DNA from: Eremomyces bilateralis CBS 781.70 | Taxonomy: Eukaryota | Length of the DNA: 64,000 nt | Reading direction: 5' to 3' (one strand) | Assembly: GCA_010015585.1 (NCBI GenBank) | Contig: ML975157.1 | Shown: in pieces, positions 22,804-33,462 of the stretch | Layout of the letters: each line of letters begins with the position of its first letter | Numbering within the stretch: position 1 is the first letter of the stretch | Program-made: the position numbers and the translations under genes | The notes under the pieces: generated by a model | The model's database searches: none | Told to the model about the DNA's origin: nothing | What the model saw: the letters and a program-made list of their open reading frames with translations, nothing else

Positions 22804-24065
22804 CTACGCCACCTCCTCCACCATACGCGAACTCAAACCTCTCACCCCCCTCCCACTCGGACCCGTAAAGACCCTCCCCACAGGCGCTTCTAACCACTCA
22901 TCCGGCGCCGCCACCGCTGTCCCCGTCGCGCTCTGCACGAAGCGCGCGTACAGCGGCGGTGCGCGGACGACGTACTCGCCCCCCTCCTCGGCGGCCTCGG
23001 CGGCGATCTCGGCGGCGGACTTGTTGCGGCGCTTGGGGGCCTGCTTCTTGAGGAGGCGGTTGATCGTGTCCATCTTCTCCTCCTCGTTGCGTTTCTCGCT
23101 GAGGTTCTTGCGGCGGCGGGCCATTTCGACGCGGCGCATGGCGTGCTCCTCGGCGGTGAGATGTTTTTTCTTTTGGGCTTCTGGGGGGGGTGTGAGAGGC
23201 GGGGGTGTGGGATGGGGTAGGGGCGGAACTTACCGTTGGATAGGGCCATTAAAACGCCGTCGGGGATCAAAGCGGCCCGTTGTCGACGTGTCAACTTGGT
23301 CAGATCTGGGGTATTGCTCCTACTCTTCGATGCCGGCGTTCGGCCGTCCGAATCGAGGTCGTCGTCGTCTTCACCCTCGACATCTTCTTCGGCTAGATCC
23401 TCATCGCCTTCAGCTTCCTCACCCTCCGCGTCGTCCTCCTCCTCGTCATCCTCTTCCTCCAGATCTTCTTGGGAGTCTAACTCGGAAAGCTCGTCCTCGT
23501 CATCGTCATCATCAGGCACGACCCGTGAATTCGGAACTGCACTTTTCGCGTCCGGTGGAGTGACCTTCACCGTCGGTTTGGCTGGGGGAGCTCGAGATCG
23601 TGCGGATGGGGGTGGCCGGGGTGGAAGGTCATCCATGTCCACGTCGTCTCCGTCTGCATCATCCTCGGCATCCTCGCCCTCCGCGTCCTCCATATCCTCA
23701 TCGTCGTCGTCGGGAGTTTTCTCCTCGATGTCGTCCGCATCGTCCTCATCGCCGTCTTCGCCGCCGTAGACATCGGTCGGCTGCTCGCTGTCCATTTCTT
23801 CGTCCGACGACTCGACGATCGCTTTCCGACGTCCGTTACGGACGGGCCGGTTGATGGGCCCGGCGTCGACGTCCCCGCCATTGATGACCTGTCTTAACTT
23901 GCTCGGGGGAGCTTTGACGGTTAGCCTGATGGATTGACGAGAGGTGTCGGATGATGGGTTGGTTCGCTCGATGCTTGCTGACGGACCTGCTACACCACGT
24001 CGGGGACGGCTGGATGTTGCACTTGAGGTTAGCTCAGGACGGGAACGAAGCTGTCGAGACGACAT
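22804..24065 (-). CDS. IES2: INO80 complex subunit Ies2 (PAPA-1 domain; intron 23181-23233)
   Basis: Acidic tract, TPDLTKLTRRQR, then spliced SNEAQKKKHLTAEEHAMRRVEMARRRKNLSEKRNEEEKMDTINRLLKKQ. Confidence 0.88.
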
Positions 24066-24991
24066 TTGTCTGGATGCGTGGTCTAAGAGCTCCAAATGAA
24101 GAGAGGGCTGTGCATAGACTGTAGAATGAGACGAGAGCTGTTTGCGACGGAGAAGAAGTGCAACGGAAATCGCTATCTTTATGGGTGGGTGAGATTTTGC
24201 AAAGTGACCAAAGTCAGGAAGTGGTGAATGGAGCCGCTGGGCGAAGTGAAGTTCAAGGCAAGCGATACGATCGGGGTGTTTGAAAGATGTGGGAGGGGAG
24301 TGGGCAGCCATGCGATTCCCAATGAAACCAGAGACAATCAGGTTGCTGATGCAGGTACCGTATACAGGTGACGGGATACAAGGACACACACACGGCTAGC
24401 TGGTGACACCCTCCATAATCCCTAGCCACTCACCTGCTTTGCTCCAGGAATGAATGCGATGAATCGGAGCTATCGCCGTCAGATTCTCCAGCATTGCTGT
24501 GTCTCGCCCTCTTAATTGGACGGGCATCGTGGGAATCCATGGCCGAGAATCTGAAATGTTCAGAGCCTTAAGAGAGAAGATGTAAGACTAAAACTAGAGC
24601 CGACGCTGCAAGCCTCCCGCGATAATAGGACAAGGAATGTTTGGAGATGGAGACCAACTGAACTGAACTTGCTAATATGAGCAATAATATCCCCATGCCC
24701 CAGACGTGAGACGGTATCTAACAGCTGCCGTGCTGACATAATATGCTGAATTACTGCCTTACTGCCTAAGGCAAAAGATTCCCTAGTCACGTGCACTCAA
24801 TCCTCCATGGACAAAGAAAGAAATGGCAAATGCGCGCAACGAATTCAATGTTTTTTGGCCCTCCTGAATTCTTGCTACCTGTCTAAAACGCGACGTCCCG
24901 AGCCTGTTTAATATACTCTGCCTGGGCTATCCTCCGATGTTATCTCCAATTGGCAGATTATAAGGCGCCCCTTGCCCCTCCACGGTGCCGA

Positions 24992-27900
24992 ATGCCTACC
25001 CTCGCGCCGCGACCTCTGGTCCCGATAGCACTTCACCATGTCCGAACCGTCATATACCCCCGTCGATCATTCTCAAGATTGTCATCATGGAGAGCGGCTA
25101 CACCTAGCCCGGGCGAACCGCGTAGCTCAGCAGTCGACCAAACGGAGTCAGAACCGAAATCAGGATCTCCGAACAGCGAGGCAGCACCGGAAAGCACACC
25201 AGCGGATACCTCAGAAAGAGAAGGACCCAGTCCATTGGAGAGGAATGGACCTGCGAGGCGTGGAGTTCGAGTGCACGGCTCGGCTCTAAGGCGGTCCCTC
25301 CGAAACGATGAGTGGGCCCAGGAGGTGTCGAAGGTGGAGTTTCCGGAATGGTTCTGGAAGCGGAACGTCACATTACGGGAAGACAACGATCCTATACGGC
25401 GCCAGGATGCACGATTAGGCGTTCTAACCGTTGGCCATAATTTGAACGAGCCGGGACTCATGCTCTCCCAGATGCCTATTCGGGTGTCCAAAAACATGCT
25501 GAAGGAAGAGGACGCTCCGCTCAGTGACGATCGTATATATCCGGAAACGTCTGGTGTCTATGAATGGCCTGGAGATTTTAGGGAACATTGGCAACCTCCG
25601 GCGATTGTCGAGGCCTTGGAGCTACGCACGGCCATGGAAGGCTCCTTTGCTATCGCCCGGAGAGAGAACGGAAGGTACAAAGAGGACGTCAGAGCTCACG
25701 TTATTGCACAATTCCCCCATCCAGGTGGGGGATGGTTCTTGGAACAGGAGATCACGGATGCTGCCTGTATCCTCGGCGCAGATATGATTCGTTTGGATGC
25801 GCTGGACCTTTCCCAAATGGCCAGGATGTTCCTCGACCCCAATGACACCCGCTCGATCGCCGCGGCTCAAAACTTGGGATATGATACTTACTCGGCTTCG
25901 CGGCTCCTGGAGGAGGAGGAGGAAGAAACCGAGGATTTGGAGGACGATCAAGAATCGGACGAGTCCTCGGACCCAAGGCTTGCCCGCGACGACACAACCG
26001 GACAATCTCGATCGAATCGAAGAGCGCAATCCCCATTTGGATCGGTGATGCCCACTTTCGCGACCATTTCTGCTGCATCTATTGCCGACTTGGGCAAGAA
26101 ACTGCAGTCTGGCCTATTCTCTGGCCAGGGACCCAAAGCACTCGGTGTGCCAAAGCAGTTTGATATGAACCAAAGAAGTGCCGACCTCCGACTGACGGCG
26201 TTCATTGAGGCGATGCTAGACGGGGCGGCCGAGAAGCGATCGAAGCGGAAAACCCCCCCCGCAACCGAGAATACCTTTTTCTCTAGCAAAACAGTGCAAT
26301 CTTCTAACGGCATTCCACGGCCAACAGTTTTTCACCAACGTGTAGTGAAACATGGAGGCAATAAGGTTGAACTGGGACTATCATTTATCACCGATCGACA
26401 AGGCCTCGATTCCCTCCGTCCGTCGCTGGATAAGCGCGGTCCGCGCACCGTCATCTGTGTCCGAGACATCAAAGAACTTGCCATGACCGAACTCGGCGAA
26501 CAGTTTGTCACCAAGCTGGTGGACGTGGTGGAAAGACGGAGACAGGAAGGCCACCAGATCCTGATCGTCGGAACCTCATGCTTCAAAGGACCTGTCCAGG
26601 GCGATATGAAAGCCACGGTTCGAAACTTGGATTCCCCGACTGAAGACGTGCGGTTCGGACTTTTTAGGCAGATGCTACTGACTCCTCACCATGTCAGCTC
26701 CGAGACCCGATGGAGCAACGAGGAAGCCAGCGGCAGTCCACAGAGCGACAATACTTCGAAACCATGGCCCAATAAGACGGAAACAGGGCCTACAGAGCTT
26801 CCAAAGCCCACAGCGGCAGAGGAACAGAATCAGAAACAAATTAAGTCGACCCTGGCGACCCCGGAAAGCGAAACCGGTGGGAGAATAGGCATTCGTGGTC
26901 AAGAGAGCCTGTGGGATAATCATGAGGCCGATCGGATTCTGGATCTAAATCTACGACATCTGCACCAGTCGCTCGAACATTTGGCAACCAATTCGGAATT
27001 GACGGATCGAGTGGAATGGGCAAAGGGACTTAATCCGTCATTACCTATGGATGTTCGGATACTTCAACATCGCATGCTCTCGGCGGATGAGGTACAACAG
27101 ATCCTCATCACTGCTTTGGGCATCTGCGGAACATCCTCCATCACAACAGACAAGGTACAAATAAGCCATGTCCTAGCGGCCGTGACTCTCCTCAAGGAGT
27201 CCGAAGTGGAGAAAGTTGCATGGATGACACAATTTGCCAGCGAGCAAAACGCGAAGCCAGTTTTGCAATCGAGAAGTCAGCCAGATGGTGCCAACAAGAT
27301 CAACAATGCGAAGCTTGAACGGATCAAGCAGACCGCTAACCGATATGAAAAGAAGCTCATGGCTGGCGTCGTTGAGCCCGACCGCATTCATACAACCTTC
27401 AACGATGTCCATGCGCCCAGCGAGACGAAGGATGCCTTGCGCACCATCACCTCGCTTCAACTTACCCGACCCGACGCCTTCCAATATGGTGTGCTCGCTC
27501 ACAACCAACTAAGCGGCCTGCTTCTCTACGGCCCTCCAGGGACCGGCAAGACCCTCTTCGCGAAAGCCGTCGCGAAAGAGAGCGGGGCCACCGTCCTGGA
27601 AGTGAGCGGAAGTAGCGTGAACGAAATGTACGTCGGCGAAAGCGAGAAGAACGTCGGGGCGATCTTTTCCCTCGCGCGTAAGCTGTCCCCCTGCATCGTC
27701 TTTATTGACGAGGCGGACGCGATCTTCGCCTCGCGCTCCGGCGGTCGGCATCGCGTGAGCCACCGCGAGATCATCAATCAGTTTCTGAAGGAGTGGGACG
27801 GCATGGAGGGGGCGAACGTGTTCGTCATGGTGGCGACGAACCGTCCGTTCGATATGGACGACGCGGTGATGCGGCGGCTCCCGCGGAAGATGCTCATGGA

Positions 27901-28282
27901 CCTGCCAACCGAGGAGGGCCGCGAGCAGATTCTTCGGATCCTCCTCAAAAATGAAGCGTTGGATGACTCCGTCTCGCTCACGGAGTTCGCGTCCAAGACG
28001 GCGTTCTACTCCGGGTCGGATCTGAAGAACCTCTGCGTCGCGGCGGCGATGGCGTGCGTCAAGCAGGAACCGGAGACCTCGGAGAAGCGCGTGCTGAAGA
28101 AGGGGCATTTCGAGACGGCGATCGCGGAGATCAGCGCGAGTGTCAGCGAGGACATGTCCAGCGTGCAGGCGATTCGGAAGTTCGACGAACAATATGGGGA
28201 CCGGAGAGGGAGGAGGCAGAAGACGTCGTTAGGATTTATGGGGGATGCTCCTACGGAGAGTTCGGTGCGAATCAGGGGTTGA
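24992..28282 (+). CDS. Large, probably mitochondrial AAA+ ATPase (Msp1/spastin-like C-terminal module)
   Basis: Walker A GPPGTGKT, Walker B IVFIDEAD, SRH VATNRPFDMDDAVMRR; Arg/Ser-rich presequence-like N-terminus. First ATG at 24992. Confidence 0.88.
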   Translation: MPTLAPRPLVPIALHHVRTVIYPRRSFSRLSSWRAATPSPGEPRSSAVDQTESEPKSGSPNSEAAPESTPADTSEREGPSPLERNGPARRGVRVHGSALRRSLRNDEWAQEVSKVEFPEWFWKRNVTLREDNDPIRRQDARLGVLTVGHNLNEPGLMLSQMPIRVSKNMLKEEDAPLSDDRIYPETSGVYEWPGDFREHWQPPAIVEALELRTAMEGSFAIARRENGRYKEDVRAHVIAQFPHPGGGWFLEQEITDAACILGADMIRLDALDLSQMARMFLDPNDTRSIAAAQNLGYDTYSASRLLEEEEEETEDLEDDQESDESSDPRLARDDTTGQSRSNRRAQSPFGSVMPTFATISAASIADLGKKLQSGLFSGQGPKALGVPKQFDMNQRSADLRLTAFIEAMLDGAAEKRSKRKTPPATENTFFSSKTVQSSNGIPRPTVFHQRVVKHGGNKVELGLSFITDRQGLDSLRPSLDKRGPRTVICVRDIKELAMTELGEQFVTKLVDVVERRRQEGHQILIVGTSCFKGPVQGDMKATVRNLDSPTEDVRFGLFRQMLLTPHHVSSETRWSNEEASGSPQSDNTSKPWPNKTETGPTELPKPTAAEEQNQKQIKSTLATPESETGGRIGIRGQESLWDNHEADRILDLNLRHLHQSLEHLATNSELTDRVEWAKGLNPSLPMDVRILQHRMLSADEVQQILITALGICGTSSITTDKVQISHVLAAVTLLKESEVEKVAWMTQFASEQNAKPVLQSRSQPDGANKINNAKLERIKQTANRYEKKLMAGVVEPDRIHTTFNDVHAPSETKDALRTITSLQLTRPDAFQYGVLAHNQLSGLLLYGPPGTGKTLFAKAVAKESGATVLEVSGSSVNEMYVGESEKNVGAIFSLARKLSPCIVFIDEADAIFASRSGGRHRVSHREIINQFLKEWDGMEGANVFVMVATNRPFDMDDAVMRRLPRKMLMDLPTEEGREQILRILLKNEALDDSVSLTEFASKTAFYSGSDLKNLCVAAAMACVKQEPETSEKRVLKKGHFETAIAEISASVSEDMSSVQAIRKFDEQYGDRRGRRQKTSLGFMGDAPTESSVRIRG

Positions 28283-28763
28283 TGGACTAGACGTGCGGCA
28301 TTTGCAAGGTGTTACGAGTTCTGTACAACAATTCCATTGGGATGGCTCCCTTTAACATATCCTGTACTGAGCGTAGTTTGTCTCGAAATGAAGCAGCCAT
28401 AAACTGAGAGACAACTGTCGATAGTCTAACATGGCGAATATCTAGACTCAAACCCATTTTTCCGTTCACTTCGTAGAAATCGTGACGTAGGCTCATTCAA
28501 CCTAAGCTTCCTCCTCCTTGTATTCTTCGTCTTCTTCTCCTTCCATGCGGGCCTCCACGAAGCTTGTAGCTAACCGTTAGACACTCCTCCGAGGTTCGTA
28601 TTGTGACCTGCGCATTGTCAGGCGATTCCGACAGACCACCAGGCGCACAGGTCGAAGTTCTTATGCGCTCTCGCTCCCTTAGGAGTGATCTGGCCCGAAA
28701 ACACGCCGCTTCTTAATTCCTAAAGAGGATAATCTGGCTCATAACCGCGCCGCATCCCTTCCC

Positions 28764-29148
28764 CTAATGATTTCTAAAATTCTTCTTCTGATAGAACAGA
28801 TCCGTTCGCGAGCTCCCCAGATTGATGATCTTCGGGCACCCGTCCCGATCCTTCTCCAGACGCGTGCACTCGAAGCAGTAGAAGGCGTCGGAGATACCCT
28901 CACCGCCGCACACAACGCACTTGTTCTGGTAGTTGCCGAAGGAGCACTCGTCGCAGATGCGGACGAGAGTGGTGGGGCGGACGTAGCTGTCGCAGACGGG
29001 GCATTTACCGTCGCATTTATCGCAGAGGCGGCCGATGGCGATTCCGGGCTGCTTGCGGCACATGACGAGGTCGCTAGGAGTTTCGTGTTAATGATCTGCT
29101 GGATATATCGGAGGATGAGAGAGCAGCTTACGGATGATGGCGAGACAT
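28764..29148 (-). CDS. RDS3: SF3b subunit Rds3/PHF5A/Ini1 (intron 29074-29131)
   Basis: [39 protein letters not shown]...[16 protein letters not shown]. Confidence 0.97.
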
Positions 29149-29485
29149 GGTGAAGCGGAGAAGGATGCCCTGACGTCCGCGCGCGGGAGCTTTCAAGTGC
29201 GAAAAAGATGTTTCGTAACACTATGTCCTTCTTCAAAGGATATAGAGGAATACAAGAATTGCCAAGTGTATGTTCGTGAAGAGACAAGCGAAGTAGAATA
29301 GAATGTAGAAAAAGTGCCACCGCACGTGCTGGGGACTCAGCCCTGCAGGAGTCCGTCGTGGCAACTTTCGAGCTTCAACCCAAACCCTGATATTTCATTA
29401 TTTCCGTACCTAAACATTCTCGAATTTTCCAAACGCCTGCAGCAGCCCAATCGCTACATCTCGATTCTCGGGCCAGCTAGTCAGT

Positions 29486-30660
29486 ATGGCAGACGACATG
29501 CCGTAAGTCCCCATCACTCGGCGATTGCTCAATCCTCCTGAAACCGCCTCCGCATTCTAACCATCCTCCCAGCCTACTGGCCTCTGCCGTCATTGTCCCC
29601 GACGCCCCCAACCACCTCGACACACCGAAGTCCGAACCTCCATGTTCTCCAACCCTCAAACGACGCCAATCATCCATCTCCGATACCTCATCGAAGCGTC
29701 CACGACTGTCCGTTGACGGCGACGCCGGTCCACGTCGCAATGGGCGGGACGGATCCGAAGCCGCGAACGGGCTGCCGACGCCAACAGATGAACCCGACGA
29801 CAACCGGCTAAATCGACGAAGATCCGGGTTAGAGGCAGAGAAAGGGCGCGGGAAACGGCTGTTTGGAGCCTTGCTAGGGACATTGTCGCAAAACTCAGCA
29901 TCGGCGGCGCAACGACGACGGGCGGATATCGACAAGAAGCAGCAAGCCAAGCTTCGGCAGCAAGCTGCGGATTTCGACCAGAGGCGGAAAGAACGGTTGG
30001 GGGACATACTGGAGGCGCGCAAGCGGGAGCAGGGGAAGTTCGAAGAGCAATCGGTAAGCTCTTGGGCACGCTGGTCTATCATGATTGGGTGGGACATGCA
30101 GAAGAGGCGCTAATTTCTACGTTGAAGATGAGGGTACGGCATTCGAATATGCTTGCGATGGCACACTTTTTGCAGACAAAGACGGAACCGAGGCTGGTAG
30201 GTCATTCAACTTCCACGGCTGTCACAGTATCTGACTAGAACAGTATTACAAGCCATGGGAACTGAGCGCGGAGGAGGAGGACATAATCGCGTCGCAAGTT
30301 GCCGAAGTGGAAGTCACCATTGACCGGGAGCTGGAGGAGTTTGAGGCCCGTCGACCTGCTGAAGATGAACCACAGAACGGGTCACACCAGGATGGCGTTC
30401 CCGGAACAAAGGCAGAGGCCGATTTAGAAACCGAAGAGCCAGGTCAGCAGAATGGTCACCCTTTAACTGGCGCAGACCACGATAGTGCCGAGAAGCCAAA
30501 CGACGAGGGTGCTGAAGCGGACTCAGGGGAGCACGTGGAGTTCGACACGCAGCAGCCGCAGCAAGTTGAGCTGGAGGCTGTCGTTGAGACAGAGACGAAA
30601 CACGAGCATGACGACGATGAGGAGATAATGGAAGGTGAAGAAGATACCGTACTATACTAA
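29486..30660 (+). CDS. Pinin/SDK/memA-domain protein (4 exons)
   Basis: RGKRLFGALLGTLSQ, MRVRHSNMLAMAHFLQTKTEPRL/YYKPWEL, EGEEDTVLY tail. Confidence 0.82.
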
Positions 30661-31334
30661 TAGATACCCCAGCATCGGCCGGCTTTATATCGCAGGGGGA
30701 TGGTCCATTTGGAGATTCTTGTAGCATACCTAGTTCTAGCAGCTTAGGGGCGGGCTAATGGTGGACGCTACATTGAGCCGGCGAACCCGAAAGGCCAAAA
30801 GCAATATCAATACCTCACTCGCGTTACAGAGTTTACAACCACACGCTTTTATCAAAGTACTTTAGATTCTGATAGCGATACCTATGACCTTGGGGTCTGG
30901 AACAGTCGGATTCCCCCGGACACGGAGTCAACCAGACCCAGCTAACCCCACATAGCCCGAGGTACCGGTAGGATCACGATGTTCACAGTGCATATCTACG
31001 TAGCTCTCTTCGAGGCAGTTGGAGAGCTTCGTATTTCGTCCGTGCAAGAGAATCAGGCCAAACGATGCGGTTAACTGCTCGTCCGAATCACAAGGGAAAG
31101 TGTCAAGATATTTGTAATCTCCCTCGACATCTCCAATGCCCCGCAATACTTAAAAGGTAACCGACCTCGGTTGCAGCTATTGCGGTGATCACCAAGATTT
31201 AGAAGACCACCGAATCGCTGTTGTAGAAAGCTAAGTTCTTAGTGCCCGATTTATCAATTAATCGGAACAAGTCGAGTTTGAATCGACTGCGTGACGTGCA
31301 TCGAAAGCCAGCAAGTTCATTGAAGTTCCACATC

Positions 31335-32838
31335 ATGAGCGTGAAGCCGATTGATCCGTTCTCGGACCCGCGCATTACCCATGAATATGCGCAGCTGAAC
31401 GGGCAGAGGTATCACTATCTGTATGGAGTGCCAAAGTCGGGGAAATGGCATAGGACTATTTTTCTGGTATGTGGAATGGCCCATTGTGCAATAACCTCAG
31501 GCTCCTGTCCGTGGAAAAGACGATAATATATTGATTGGCGAACCAGATCCATGGCTTCCCGGATATTTCTATGGGATGGCGATATCAGATTCCGGTCCTG
31601 CTTGAATTGGGGCTGCGCGTTGTTGCGCCAGGTTAGACCAACCTCAGTAACGTGCTCCCGCGACACCTAGACTAATACCAGTGATTCAGATATGATGGGC
31701 TACGGTGGAACCGATGCTCCCCAGGTTCCTCCCAATCTAGATAAATATACGTACAAACGAGCCGCAGATGATTTGGCCGAATTGGCGCGGCAATTGAGAG
31801 AAACCCAGATCATTCTTGGAGGTCATGATTGGTATGTCTTCTGCCTGTGATGAACCCCTGGAGAAAACAACAGGACTAACCGACCATCAGGGGTGGAATG
31901 GTTAGTTTAGCCTTTCGCAGGTATCAAGAGAGGCGTAAGTAATCGAGATTGACAAATTGTCCTTCAGATCGTGTACCGCTTTGCGAACTGGTATCCAAAC
32001 CTCATCTCGCATCTTTTCTCGGTTTGTACCCCCTACCAGCGTCCCAACAAGACGTTCTGGTCGACGGAAGAGTTCGTGAAGGGACCCCTCCCGCAGTTTG
32101 GCTACCAGCTCCATCTCGCCTCTGGAGAGATCGAAAAGAACATCAATACGCCCGAGGGCATCCGCCAATTCTTGAATGGCATGTACGGTGCTCGTGGGCC
32201 GAACCGCGAGTCGACGTTTGACCCTGTCACCGGAGTTTCGTTCGAAAACCTTCCCAAGGTTGGGAAGACGAAGCTGCTCACGGACCGAGTGAGTTATAGA
32301 TCGATGATGAAAGCATGGTGGGCTAATGTGATATCAGGAAATGGACTACTACACGCAAGAGTACTCCAAACATGGGCTCAATGGTCCTGTGAGCTGGTAT
32401 AGGTGAGTTGGAGATAGCTCATCATCAGGAAGAAAATGATATCTGACACATGCATTGAAAGGACGCGGGAACCAAACTGGAGAGACGAATTGTCGTAAGT
32501 TTGCGGCGACTCGGATGAAGAAGCTAAGGTAACTCTGAATTCGCTGACATCTCGGAAGCATGGAAAAAGCTACACTGGACATGCCTATTCTATTCATTAG
32601 TGCGACACAGTAAGTGGCTCATGGAACAACCATCGTACTGCAGGCTGCTGAAAACCGCGTTAGGGATGCCGTCCTCACACCGGCCATGGCGAAGAACATG
32701 TCCAGGAGTTTAACGAACCTCACTATGCGGGAGGTCAAGGCCCAGCACTGGGCGTTGTGGCAGAAGGCGGATGAATGCAATGCTCATATCAAGCAATGGA
32801 TCCAGGAGGTCGTGCTCGGGAAGCAAAGTAGGCTCTAG
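31335..32838 (+). CDS. Alpha/beta-fold epoxide hydrolase, about 9 exons, C-terminal SRL (PTS1)
   Basis: HGFPD, APDMMGYGGT, GGHDWGG nucleophile motif, HWALWQ; ends ...GKQSRL*. Confidence 0.88.
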
Positions 32839-33424
32839 GATAGGAGCCCATCTCGGGCCGGGGATATCGTAGATACTCTTGTCTCCCCGTGCAAATGCAG
32901 CGTGCCAATACAGATATCTCCGTGATCTGCATTTGTCATAATATCCGTCCAAATCCGTGTCGGAAGCTTCCCATTGCACCAATGGTTGAACCCGGACCAC
33001 TTGGATTGAGAGCTAAACTTCCCAACAAAGCTGTTGAAATTGTTGAGGTCGATGTTGGAAGGATGCCGGTCGGCCTGATTTGTATAACCCACGATGAGCA
33101 TAATTCTGCTCCAACCTCTTTCATTCGTGTGGCAGTTATGGTTCCCGGCTTCCGCCGGTGGTGCACAGATTGCCATAGACACGCGCACGTCCGGTGGACC
33201 ACGAGAAACGAAGCGGTGACGGTGAGCTTTTGTGGTCGGGGGTAATCATCTCCATCTCCGTGACGTCAATAGAGAGCGAGATGATCGGCTTGAGTAGAGT
33301 TCTAACGGTCTTAATCTGCGGTAGGATGCGGTGGACTGTGGACCCCTTCGACTTTCGGGGGCTCGTAAGAGCGAATGGCATGTGCCAATGCAGGATACTC
33401 ACCAAGCTAGGGACAGACCTTGAC

Positions 33425-33462
33425 AGCTTCAGAGCTTCAGAGCTTCAGAGCTTCAGAGCTTC
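33425..33462. repeat. (AGCTTCAG)n tandem repeat, 4.75 copies
   Basis: Read directly from the sequence. Confidence 0.9.

Noticed and set aside
22890..24389. 499-aa ORF as listed in the track
   Set aside because: It starts at a non-ATG codon and reads through the intron; the spliced model 24065-22804 restores the Ies2 motif.
31901..31967. Internal CAG and GTAAGT within an epoxide hydrolase intron (nested intron or cryptic exon)
   Set aside because: The resulting introns would be about 20 and 33 nt, too short to be credible.
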